A stretch of 64,000 bases of DNA. Source: Candidatus Moraniibacteriota bacterium (GTDB taxonomy: Bacteria > Patescibacteriota > Minisyncoccia > Moranbacterales > UBA2206). Both the position numbers and the translations under genes were made by a program. The stretch is from contig JAUSNP010000006.1 of assembly GCA_030645735.1 (NCBI GenBank), forward strand, positions 4,095 through 68,094, read 5' to 3'. Within the stretch, counting starts at the first letter, position 1. Each line of letters opens with the position of its first letter. The notes below the pieces were generated by a model, which did not search any database, had not been told where the DNA came from, and saw only the letters and a list, made by a program, of their open reading frames with translations. Shown here piece after piece: positions 37,542 through 46,544 of this stretch.

Positions 37542-40500
37542 CTAGCTCTTCATCTTTTTCATTGAGTTTACAATCAGCTTGGCAATTGCGTCCTGCCGTT
37601 GCTTTTGCTGGGCGGCTTCTCCTGCCGTATAGTTCACTCTCACTTTATAACCCCGGATGGTTTTTTGCTGCTCCATTTTTGGGGTCTGTTTTGAGTCAAG
37701 AAACACAATCAGCTCTTCTGGCGAGAGATAACGGATTCTCTCATGAGTGCCAGCATCCAGCACCTCAACTGCCAGTTGACGGATTTTGTTCAGCTGAGAT
37801 TTTTCATGCGAAAGAACCAGTACAGTTTCATATCCGGCGGCCAAACATTTTTGGATATTTTCTAATTCATGAGCAGCCGAGGTGGTCACCGAAATCTCAC
37901 AGGCTAATTTTTCATTCTCTTTCCTAAGGGAAACATCCACGATTCCCGTGCCGCCCAAGACGGATAGCTCGACCTCGGCTTTGTATCCACGCTCTTCTGC
38001 CAAGCGTTTGATGAGCTGCTGAAGGTATCTGTGCTGAACCCCGCCCCGCCCAGAAGTAGGTTGATCAGGTATGGTTGATTTTCTTCGGGCATCATCTTTG
38101 GGTGATTCATTTCGAGGAGATTGTTCAACCGTATTAGGTTGAGCTTCAGACACTCGCTCGACTCTAGACTCTCCATTCTTCTCACCAGCCGGAGGTGGAT
38201 TTTCCGCTTCTAGCATTTCGATTACTTGGCTTTTGGGAGTCCCGTATTTCTCCCTGGATCGATTGACTATGGCCAGTCGAGCTTCGGCATTCTCATTTCT
38301 TTCCGGAAGCGGGAAAGTCCTTAGATTGAAATCGTATTCTGCTTGCTCAATGCGTCCTACGGCTTGGCCAATAGCCAAACTCTGAAGATCCTTGGCATCG
38401 AAAAAAGAAAAGCCACCCGCCAGTTTTACGGCGTCATGATCACCCATGCGAAAGCAGATGCGCGTGTACGGATTGGAAAGTACGGAGCTGGCCACATCGC
38501 GGTCTTTGGACTCTAATTGTCGCAACTCTTGATGAGCCAGAACGAGTCCTAGTCCATATTTTCTGGCTCCGGAGAGAATGCCTTCCATGGAAGGGGTAAT
38601 GAAATTTTGAAATTCATCGATGTACAAGAAAAAGGGCTGCCGCTTTTCTTGCGAAATTGCTTGGCGGCTCAATGCCAATTGATGAATCTTGGCCACGATG
38701 AGGGCACCCAGAAGATATGAGTTCTCTTCGCCGATACCGCCGTGAGAAAGTTTGGCCAAGAAAATCTTTTTCTCATTCATGACTTGGCCAAAGTCGATAC
38801 GGTTTTGTTTCTGTGAGACCATATACCGGATGAGCTTTGGACGTAGAAAGGTATCCAGGCGGGTCAGAACTGGCCCTTGAGGCTTGCCGGTGAGAAGCGG
38901 AAACTCTTTTTCCCAGTAGTAAACAATCTCCTGGTCACGCACGGTTTTTAAATATTTTCGCCGAAAATCCGGTTCAATCAAAAATCGCCGGAGGGTCATG
39001 AGAGTTCCGCCTTCATTACTTTCCAGCATGGCCAAAATTCCATTGGCCAACACTGAATTCATCTGGTCGCCCCAGCTGGTGGACAGTCGGCGAAAGACCC
39101 CGACCAGATCAGAGGCAAGAAGAGTTTTTTCCGTTTCCGAGTGCGCCCCGAAGATATTGAAACCAATCGGGTACTCTTCATCGGTTGGGTCAAACAACAC
39201 TACGTCATCAAGGCGCTGCGGCGGGATAAAGTCCATGATTTGGTCTATTAAATCGCCGTGGGGGTCAAGGACGGCAATTCCGTGGCCATTCTGAATATCT
39301 TGGATGATCAGATTAAGCAGCAGTGTGGATTTACCGGTGCCTGATGCGCCGACGACATACATGTGTCGCAATCTCTGCTCAGAACTGAGCGAGACATTCT
39401 TGATCCGGCCATGGTGGGCATTCTCTCCTAAAAGGAGCTGATGATTTTCTGACAGACCCGGAGCGGCCTTGGTCTTTTTGGCGTTGCGTAAAAACTTTGC
39501 GCTCCTGATCGACGAAGACGGGAAATGGACGAAGTTGATCAACTCATCCAGATTGAGAAGTATTCCGCTCCGGTTGGTCAATCGCCCTACCACATTCTGT
39601 GCATGAATCTCATCGGGATAATCTTTGTTGTGTAGCGGAATGAGGCTATTGCTGCCGGGAGAATTAAATTGAACCAGCGCCCCGCCGAGACTTTTAACGA
39701 TGGAGTTGGCTCTTTGCCGTGATGAACTTTTGGCACCGACTCGGACGACTGCCCCATAGAGAGGTTTCTCAATCTTACTTCTGACACTTTTTGCCAGTTC
39801 GGGGGCATCCGCCAGAAACGGTTTGCCGTTCCAGTCTAGGGCAGCAAATTGCAGACTATCCGCCCACGGACAGCGAGCCGGTAGGAAGATAACTTGAAAA
39901 ATACCGATGTCCGTTTCCTGGCACAGAGACAAGGCACCAATAATTCCAATCAACGGATCGACATCAAATCGGTCAGTACGTTCCAAGGGCAGCATGGATT
40001 CTTGATCCAAGCCGAAATCAACAACAACTGTCTGGTCATTGCGAGGATCTTCCCAGGGGACGGAGAAGAGCCCCTGCTCTTGGGTAATCACAGCCTCGGG
40101 CAGATACGCTTCCAGTTGCGTGAGGATTTCTGGGCGGTCGCGTTGGCGAACAGCCAACTGAACCCAAATTTGGTCGGCAGTGCCGATGAGCTCAAAACAG
40201 ATTGGAAAACGGGAATAACTCAGTGATTGTAGGAATTGATCGGCCAAACGTTTTTTGCATTCATAGGACGGCGGTAGGACAATTTGCAACTCGCAGATTT
40301 CACCTTCGGGAACATACAGGTCGGGCAGATCTTCCGACTCTTCTTCGTAATAGTTGGCGGTGGATTCTTCTGGATTTGGCGATACGGAATTTCGAAATGC
40401 GTCAGCTATCGAGCTAAGAAAGGTGGGCTTCCGCCCGTCATCTATGACTTGGGCTGGCGGAATATAGTGTCCACGAAATGGTTGGAACGGTGGTTCAGGG

Positions 40501-40622
40501 GAGACAGGATAAGGCCAAGTCAAATACCCTCGGGTCCGGTATTCCCAGTCATAGAAGTTTTTAGTGAGAAGCGCGGCCTGGCTTTGCGATGCCGAGCGAT
40601 AGGCTACCGGTGGATCGGCCAT
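37542..40622 (-). CDS. VirD4/TraD/HerA-like ATPase with a C-terminal PD-(D/E)xK-like domain
   Basis: RHMYVVGASGTGKST, LDPHGDL, LYIDEFQ, ARKYGLGLVLAHQ; tail VDVSLRKENEKLACEIS. Confidence 0.85.
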   Translation of the reverse strand: MADPPVAYRSASQSQAALLTKNFYDWEYRTRGYLTWPYPVSPEPPFQPFRGHYIPPAQVIDDGRKPTFLSSIADAFRNSVSPNPEESTANYYEEESEDLPDLYVPEGEICELQIVLPPSYECKKRLADQFLQSLSYSRFPICFELIGTADQIWVQLAVRQRDRPEILTQLEAYLPEAVITQEQGLFSVPWEDPRNDQTVVVDFGLDQESMLPLERTDRFDVDPLIGIIGALSLCQETDIGIFQVIFLPARCPWADSLQFAALDWNGKPFLADAPELAKSVRSKIEKPLYGAVVRVGAKSSSRQRANSIVKSLGGALVQFNSPGSNSLIPLHNKDYPDEIHAQNVVGRLTNRSGILLNLDELINFVHFPSSSIRSAKFLRNAKKTKAAPGLSENHQLLLGENAHHGRIKNVSLSSEQRLRHMYVVGASGTGKSTLLLNLIIQDIQNGHGIAVLDPHGDLIDQIMDFIPPQRLDDVVLFDPTDEEYPIGFNIFGAHSETEKTLLASDLVGVFRRLSTSWGDQMNSVLANGILAMLESNEGGTLMTLRRFLIEPDFRRKYLKTVRDQEIVYYWEKEFPLLTGKPQGPVLTRLDTFLRPKLIRYMVSQKQNRIDFGQVMNEKKIFLAKLSHGGIGEENSYLLGALIVAKIHQLALSRQAISQEKRQPFFLYIDEFQNFITPSMEGILSGARKYGLGLVLAHQELRQLESKDRDVASSVLSNPYTRICFRMGDHDAVKLAGGFSFFDAKDLQSLAIGQAVGRIEQAEYDFNLRTFPLPERNENAEARLAIVNRSREKYGTPKSQVIEMLEAENPPPAGEKNGESRVERVSEAQPNTVEQSPRNESPKDDARRKSTIPDQPTSGRGGVQHRYLQQLIKRLAEERGYKAEVELSVLGGTGIVDVSLRKENEKLACEISVTTSAAHELENIQKCLAAGYETVLVLSHEKSQLNKIRQLAVEVLDAGTHERIRYLSPEELIVFLDSKQTPKMEQQKTIRGYKVRVNYTAGEAAQQKQRQDAIAKLIVNSMKKMKS

Positions 40623-40635
40623 GCTTCACCGACAG

Positions 40636-41133
40636 TTATAGGTTGAAGAAATTACGCATCACTGGCTTCCGATCAGTTTCTGAGAGGACTTTGAGTCCAT
40701 TGGTCTTGGTCATGCCATCCACCACTTCCAACACGGCGCTATGAACCAGGGACTGATACATGCTGGCGGTATCAACGGTGTAATACGTGGTGGTACGGAA
40801 CCATTTTTCCATCAAAGATCCAAGAATCGGAATCCACAGTATGAGTGACCAGAAAAACGAAGGCATTTCTCCCAGCCACCAGGAAATGAAGAAGCCATTG
40901 CCAAAAGGAGCGCCACAAATATCAAAGGTCAGTCTCTTTCTGCGAACACGTAGATATTCCCGTTTTGCAGAAAAGATGCCCCCTTCCTTCCAATCTACAC
41001 GGGAAAACTTGGCCTCGGGGATTAGTTTTGTTTTTAGAGCATTTTGCACATCGTCATAAAATTCTTTCGGCGAAGCAGTCAGGCCTTCGACAAAAGTGCT
41101 CCAGTGGGAAATTACCATGGGGGCTTTGGGCAT
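40636..41133 (-). CDS. Hypothetical protein with one TM segment
   Basis: SD aaggag before MPKAP; FFWSLILWIPILG. Confidence 0.75.
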   Translation of the reverse strand: MPKAPMVISHWSTFVEGLTASPKEFYDDVQNALKTKLIPEAKFSRVDWKEGGIFSAKREYLRVRRKRLTFDICGAPFGNGFFISWWLGEMPSFFWSLILWIPILGSLMEKWFRTTTYYTVDTASMYQSLVHSAVLEVVDGMTKTNGLKVLSETDRKPVMRNFFNL

Positions 41134-41232
41134 GGATATTCTCCTTAGCAGAATTTGAAGCCAAAAACGCACAAAATAGAGTTGGATAGTTACCGATTAC
41201 CAGCGACATTTCAATGACAAAAAGCTGAGACA

Positions 41233-42408
41233 CTAATTTTCTTGGCTACCACAAGGTGATATTGTTACGGCGCTGAATGGGAGGGATGGTTTGCCGTCGA
41301 TCATTAACTTCAGGTAGATATGATAATTAGGTAGGCGCATGAGGTCATGAGAGGTAAATATTCCCTGAAATTCTTTTTCAAGGAAGGTGGCATCTCTGCC
41401 ACCCAAGCGAAAGCAGATGAGTGTTCCGGCGTTTCCAATTACGGCATTCCGGATTTTGACATCCAGCTGGTCAAGGTATTGGTGCGCGAGAATGAGGCCA
41501 ACGTGATACTTTCTGAGTTCTGAAGCCATGTTGACGAGAGAAAGCGTAGTAAACGATTGGAACTCATCGGCATAGAGAGCAAAGTCCCGCCTCTCCTGTT
41601 CAGGGCTATCCGCACGGCTGAAGGCGGCCAGTCCAACCGAAGTCATGAGGAGTCCACCAAGAAGCAAGGAAGCATCTTCACCTAATTTACCCTTGGCCAA
41701 GTTGACCAGCAGAACTTGGCCGTTATCCATAATCCGACGCAAGCTGAGGGCTTGTTTCGGTTCAGTGAGGACTTGCTTGAGAACCGGATTGGCCAGAAAA
41801 GCCCCAATCTTATTTTGAATTGGCGCAATAGCGTCAGCGCGCATCCGGTAAGAATACTTTTCGTACTCTTGGAGCCAGAAAGATTTTACCAGCTCATTCT
41901 CAACCCACTTCAGGGCTTTGTGCCGGTAAGTGGGACTATTGAACAGTTGAAGAATATCGGCGAGAGTGGCATGAGGTTGATCAAGGAGGGTCAGGAGACA
42001 ATTTCGAAAGATGTGTTCCATTCGCACTCCCCAAGCATCACCCCATTGTTTTTTGAAGACCTCAAGGATGCCTGAGGCTAATAATGGGCGGCGCTTGGGT
42101 GAAACATGGCGAATAGGATTGTATCCAATTCCCAGGGTGTTTTCCGCGACATCCCAATAGATCACGCTTGGGTTATTTTTAACTGCCGCATAGATTTTTT
42201 GCGATGAGTCACCGTGAGGGTCGAAAAAAACCAGACCTCTTTGGCTAGAGATGTCTTGAAGGATGAGGTTTTCGAGGAGAGTGGACTTTCCCGTGCCGGT
42301 TTTGCCGATTATGTAAATATGGGATAATCTATCTTTGCTTTTGATGTAGAATTGGAGCTCAGATCCTCGAAAATTGGTTATTCCGATGAGGTATGTTTGT
42401 TTTTTCAT
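41233..42408 (-). CDS. Second VirD4/TraD-like coupling-type ATPase
   Basis: HIYIIGKTGTGKST, FDPHGD, LYADEFQ, LRKYHVGLILAHQ. Confidence 0.88.
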   Translation of the reverse strand: MKKQTYLIGITNFRGSELQFYIKSKDRLSHIYIIGKTGTGKSTLLENLILQDISSQRGLVFFDPHGDSSQKIYAAVKNNPSVIYWDVAENTLGIGYNPIRHVSPKRRPLLASGILEVFKKQWGDAWGVRMEHIFRNCLLTLLDQPHATLADILQLFNSPTYRHKALKWVENELVKSFWLQEYEKYSYRMRADAIAPIQNKIGAFLANPVLKQVLTEPKQALSLRRIMDNGQVLLVNLAKGKLGEDASLLLGGLLMTSVGLAAFSRADSPEQERRDFALYADEFQSFTTLSLVNMASELRKYHVGLILAHQYLDQLDVKIRNAVIGNAGTLICFRLGGRDATFLEKEFQGIFTSHDLMRLPNYHIYLKLMIDGKPSLPFSAVTISPCGSQEN

Positions 42409-42889
42409 GCCATTTAATGATAGGAGGACTAGCGTAAGCGTTAAAGGCTGTGAGTTTTGAATGCAAACCTAATTTTTATTGGGTAATATACAAAAAGAGT
42501 GCGAGTGGCGATTTAACAATCCAAAACCTGATGAGCAATTAAAGCTCTTAAAACAGCTAGTTAAAAAATATGGGCTAGTTATCTAGGACAGTCCCAAGAA
42601 CATTATTCAATAAAAGCTGAGTTATTGAGAAAGTCGCGATTTACTAAGCATTCCCATATTGTGTTAACTAGCCGATATTACGGGGCATAACTCTAGCGTC
42701 AAACTTTGCGCAAATATTTGCCGAACTGTGAAGTTCTTAATAAGTATCGAATACTGAATGCGCCACCAGAGGACATTACGTAAATATTATCGTCATCGTC
42801 CACAACGTTACGCATACACACAGTCGTCAATAGAGTGACGGAAACTTGCCGATGGAAACATATTACAAACCTATACCAAAATTATCCTA

Positions 42890-43843
42890 ATGAAATCTCA
42901 AGCGGAACAACTATTAAGTACATCTGTTAAGACTTCAGATGGCCCAGGAATAAGCATTACAACTGCGGCAATCCTGTCAATTGTAATGCCTATTCTTATG
43001 CTTACCATCAGTTTACACATAAAAGACACGAAAAGATTTATTTCATACTCAACAAGCTTCAGCAAAAACGACAACACCAATATTACCATAAAGAACGAGT
43101 CTAAATATTTTATTGATAAAATCGTACTCTCAATTGATTCTAATGGGATTTATCCTGTATCAATAGAAGACTCTAATGGCATAAATTTGATGGCAAAAGC
43201 CACATTGATTGGGAATGTCCCAGATCATGGCAGTGTCAATTCTACAAACAATTTCGCACTCAAAATTGAAAATTTAGCCGGTCATGCTATAATTTCAGTA
43301 GGATTAATTTTTCCAGAAAAGCATGTTAAAATCACTCCCGTAAATTCATTTCCAGAAAACATCCATATTGTAGAAAATACAAATAACACATACTTATATA
43401 ATTGGTATTACTGGTTACCTTACTCAATCATACTGTTGATCTTTGTATATCGTGTTGAGAAATATAGAAAAATAAGAAGAAATGCTATAATATTAGACAA
43501 ATGTATATATTTGATAAACAGAGAATTCCACAACAACACGGAAGATTTTCTAAAGTATACATACGATGATTTATGTAAAAGAATAAAACATATCAACAGT
43601 GCAATCGCATCTGCCCCAAATGAGCTAATTGATTTCAATGATTTTGGATTAAAGAATAGATATATTGTTGGAGACGAAAAAGAATACATTATATTCGCTC
43701 CAAAAACATTAATGGGTCTTCCAACCTTCAGATATCGTTTTGGAAACAGAGAAAGAGTGCTATTATACATAGAGTTCACAAAAAACAATGACCGCCACGA
43801 AATATGCAAGATGGAATATCATCCAATTAACGATTTTTTCTAA
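42890..43843 (+). CDS. Hypothetical membrane protein (very AT-rich)
   Basis: Two hydrophobic segments; no recognised motif. Confidence 0.6.
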   Translation: MKSQAEQLLSTSVKTSDGPGISITTAAILSIVMPILMLTISLHIKDTKRFISYSTSFSKNDNTNITIKNESKYFIDKIVLSIDSNGIYPVSIEDSNGINLMAKATLIGNVPDHGSVNSTNNFALKIENLAGHAIISVGLIFPEKHVKITPVNSFPENIHIVENTNNTYLYNWYYWLPYSIILLIFVYRVEKYRKIRRNAIILDKCIYLINREFHNNTEDFLKYTYDDLCKRIKHINSAIASAPNELIDFNDFGLKNRYIVGDEKEYIIFAPKTLMGLPTFRYRFGNRERVLLYIEFTKNNDRHEICKMEYHPINDFF

Positions 43844-43852
43844 TAACTAAAG

Positions 43853-44500
43853 ATGAAATACCAAAAAAGAAAAATTAAGAATATCGGCTTATTTAATCGT
43901 ATAGGGATTAAAGGGAATAAACTTCCGTCTGAAAAGCTGCAACAAATCTATCAATTGTTGCTAAGCAAGGGCTTTAGAGAAACAAGATGGCAGTTTATTT
44001 ACGAGGGACAACTGGCGGGACTGGTAAAACCCTACTCATGTGGAAAAAACGAAATCCATGTTAGGTTTTACGATGACAGAATATTCGCTGAGTTTGAAAT
44101 TGGAAGAGCATATATACAACATTTTCTTGGCCCACGCCTCAATGCAAATGGTTATTTATTCTCTTTGCTAGTGAACCATTTTAGCGAATTGAATGACATC
44201 AAGTGGTTGGAAGAGTTATTTTCCACGGAAAACCAGACTATTGATGAATTGTCTATGCGAATTTGGGACGTCAACAAAACTGAAGACCCTTTTTTATACA
44301 AGAGACAACAAGAAAATATACTACGCGCTAGTACTCTGTTTGTATTATCAAATTTTTTTATTGGTTGGAAATGGGCTTACAGCATCATTGTCATTGGAAT
44401 ATCAATATATGTATTCAAGTTTTCAATAGAGTATCTTGTCTTACTTCCCTTGATGGCTATTCTATTAACTCCTTTTCTGCCACACAAAGGTAAGCCATGA
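43853..44500 (+). CDS. Hypothetical protein with C-terminal TM helices
   Basis: Operonic spacing; hydrophobic C-terminus. Confidence 0.65.
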   Translation: MKYQKRKIKNIGLFNRIGIKGNKLPSEKLQQIYQLLLSKGFRETRWQFIYEGQLAGLVKPYSCGKNEIHVRFYDDRIFAEFEIGRAYIQHFLGPRLNANGYLFSLLVNHFSELNDIKWLEELFSTENQTIDELSMRIWDVNKTEDPFLYKRQQENILRASTLFVLSNFFIGWKWAYSIIVIGISIYVFKFSIEYLVLLPLMAILLTPFLPHKGKP

Positions 44501-44530
44501 AACACAATATAAATATAGACAATAACTCAA

Positions 44531-45184
44531 ATGGACTATAAGTCGATTGAATCTTTTTTTAACTTTGACACCATATATGTATTATTAAATCTCCCGCCCC
44601 TTCAGTTTTATTGCGTACTATTCGCCCTTATGTTTTTTAATTCGTTAGTTATGGTTCCACCTAGTGAATATATATGTATTGCCGCCGGAATACTCTTGTC
44701 AACCAAAGGCGATTACAACCTAAACTTAATCATTATAATTGCAACTTTATCAAATTTGCTTGGGACTTTACCGTGGTATTTTCTAGGTAAACGCCATAAA
44801 ACACGCAACAAATCGCTAACTAAAAAAACATTTTCGAAATGGCTTATCATAAATAAAATTATAAATATTTACACAAAAGATTTACAGCACATTGAGAGAT
44901 TATATGAAACCAACGGTTTTTTGCTAGTCTCCATCCTTAGAAATGTCCCAGTCATTAGATCAATTTGCTCATATCCTGCCGGCAGGATTGGTATGGATTT
45001 TACTAGATTTGTCACTTATTCTTTTGTAGGTATTTTGGCATGGGTAACCATTTGGTCTTGTGCTGGTAAATTTATAGGATACACAATCATCAATTACAAT
45101 ATGTATATTTCGTTATCATTTGGTGTAATATCATTTTTAATTTTAAAATTAACGATCAATCTATTAAGGAATAAAGCAATTTAA
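44531..45184 (+). CDS. DedA family membrane protein
   Basis: PPSEYICIAAG, YFLG, LRNVPVIRSICSYPAG..GM. Confidence 0.85.
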   Translation: MDYKSIESFFNFDTIYVLLNLPPLQFYCVLFALMFFNSLVMVPPSEYICIAAGILLSTKGDYNLNLIIIIATLSNLLGTLPWYFLGKRHKTRNKSLTKKTFSKWLIINKIINIYTKDLQHIERLYETNGFLLVSILRNVPVIRSICSYPAGRIGMDFTRFVTYSFVGILAWVTIWSCAGKFIGYTIINYNMYISLSFGVISFLILKLTINLLRNKAI

Positions 45185-45239
45185 AAGTCTACAAAACCAC
45201 CGTGATTTAAAACAGTTAATGAAATATTGAAGAAGAATC

Positions 45240-45345
45240 GTCTTTCAAGAGAATTGAATAAATTTGTTTAGCTTCTTTGGCGGTGCATTTTCTCTTTCGG
45301 TAAAGAATTGCCCCTTTCTTTCGATTTGTTGTTCGACAAGGGCAC
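45240..45345 (+). repeat. att-associated direct repeat, copy A (internal element end)
   Basis: ~106-bp imperfect copy of 52913-53019, ending gttcgacaagggcac. Confidence 0.9.
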
Positions 45346-45741
45346 CTGTCAAGGTGGTGTATATTGTGCAGCTAGCAACCCCCAAACAAACGCCTAGTTA
45401 AGACGTTCGTTCGTTTGTTTTAGATGCCCCATAAATACATACCTTAGACATACAATTCCCTCAAGCCTCTCAGGCTTCCATCGACTATCTAAATTCCCTA
45501 TACTTCATTCCTATATTTAGTGTAAAATCAATCTATTGTTTCTCGCATCGGCTTACCGAACTGGTCGAAGTAAGCCATCTAAAATCTAACTTTGCCGTCA
45601 TCGATAGATCCCTTGCGTGCTTTGTTCATAAGATTTCATTTGAAAAGCTAGTGATGCGAACGAATATCGATAGACATGGCAACATTGACTTTATTGCTCA
45701 AAAAGCTATGCTTAAGTGATTAATAGAATAATTAAATAGTT

Positions 45742-46440
45742 ATGCAAAAAAAAGTTTTGAATGCAGTTATTTTCTCAGCAGTTGTCCTGTCTGCCAGTGT
45801 TGGTTTTTTTATATTGATAAACATAAAAGGTCCACAAGATCCAAATATAAATCATAAACAAGAACAAACAGAACATGTACAGGAAAGACCTGAGGATATT
45901 TTTGTTCGCAATGTTGATATTTCAAGATGGACGACATACAAAAACGAAGAACAAGGAATTGAGTTTAAGTATCCCGAGAAATTGTTTGATTTAAAAATAG
46001 ATGGTGATGATCATTCTGGTTCTATGGAGTTGGTTAATATAAATAATTCTAGAATTTGGCTTACTCAAAAAGGATTTTCAGTAAATGACACTGAACATAG
46101 GATTATTATAAATATCAACTCCCTTAAAACTATCAAAGAATATTATGTGGAAAAAGATGGCAAATGCAACTCCGTATCGGTATCAAATATTAAAGGAAAG
46201 ATATGTGGATACGAAAGCGGTTCTAAATACGAGGAAGATATTTTTAAAGATTCTATGAATCGTTATTTATCACTAATCAATGACGGTGTGTGTAATGGAC
46301 AATTTACAGTTTTTACAAATGAAATAAGAATAAAAAATGCTGGTGATTTTACTAGTAGTATCAATGTCGGTTGTAACGATGATTTTGTAATGGAAAAAAT
46401 TTATCAGGCTATATATAAATCTATCCATTTTTCTAAATAG
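45742..46440 (+). CDS. Membrane-anchored hypothetical protein
   Basis: N-terminal TM; WTTYKNEEQGIEFKYP motif. Confidence 0.7.
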   Translation: MQKKVLNAVIFSAVVLSASVGFFILINIKGPQDPNINHKQEQTEHVQERPEDIFVRNVDISRWTTYKNEEQGIEFKYPEKLFDLKIDGDDHSGSMELVNINNSRIWLTQKGFSVNDTEHRIIININSLKTIKEYYVEKDGKCNSVSVSNIKGKICGYESGSKYEEDIFKDSMNRYLSLINDGVCNGQFTVFTNEIRIKNAGDFTSSINVGCNDDFVMEKIYQAIYKSIHFSK

Positions 46441-46544
46441 AACCTTATTTAGTTAACTAGTTTATATTTAATAATAATACATTTGCAGATTCACAAAACT
46501 GTGAGTCTATTTTTGAGGTTCTCTGACAAGAGGAGGATTTAATT

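Noticed and set aside
45550-45577. ggcttaccgaactggtcgaagtaagcc as a REP or tRNA fragment
   Set aside because: Single short hairpin, no cloverleaf and no second copy in the window; insufficient support.
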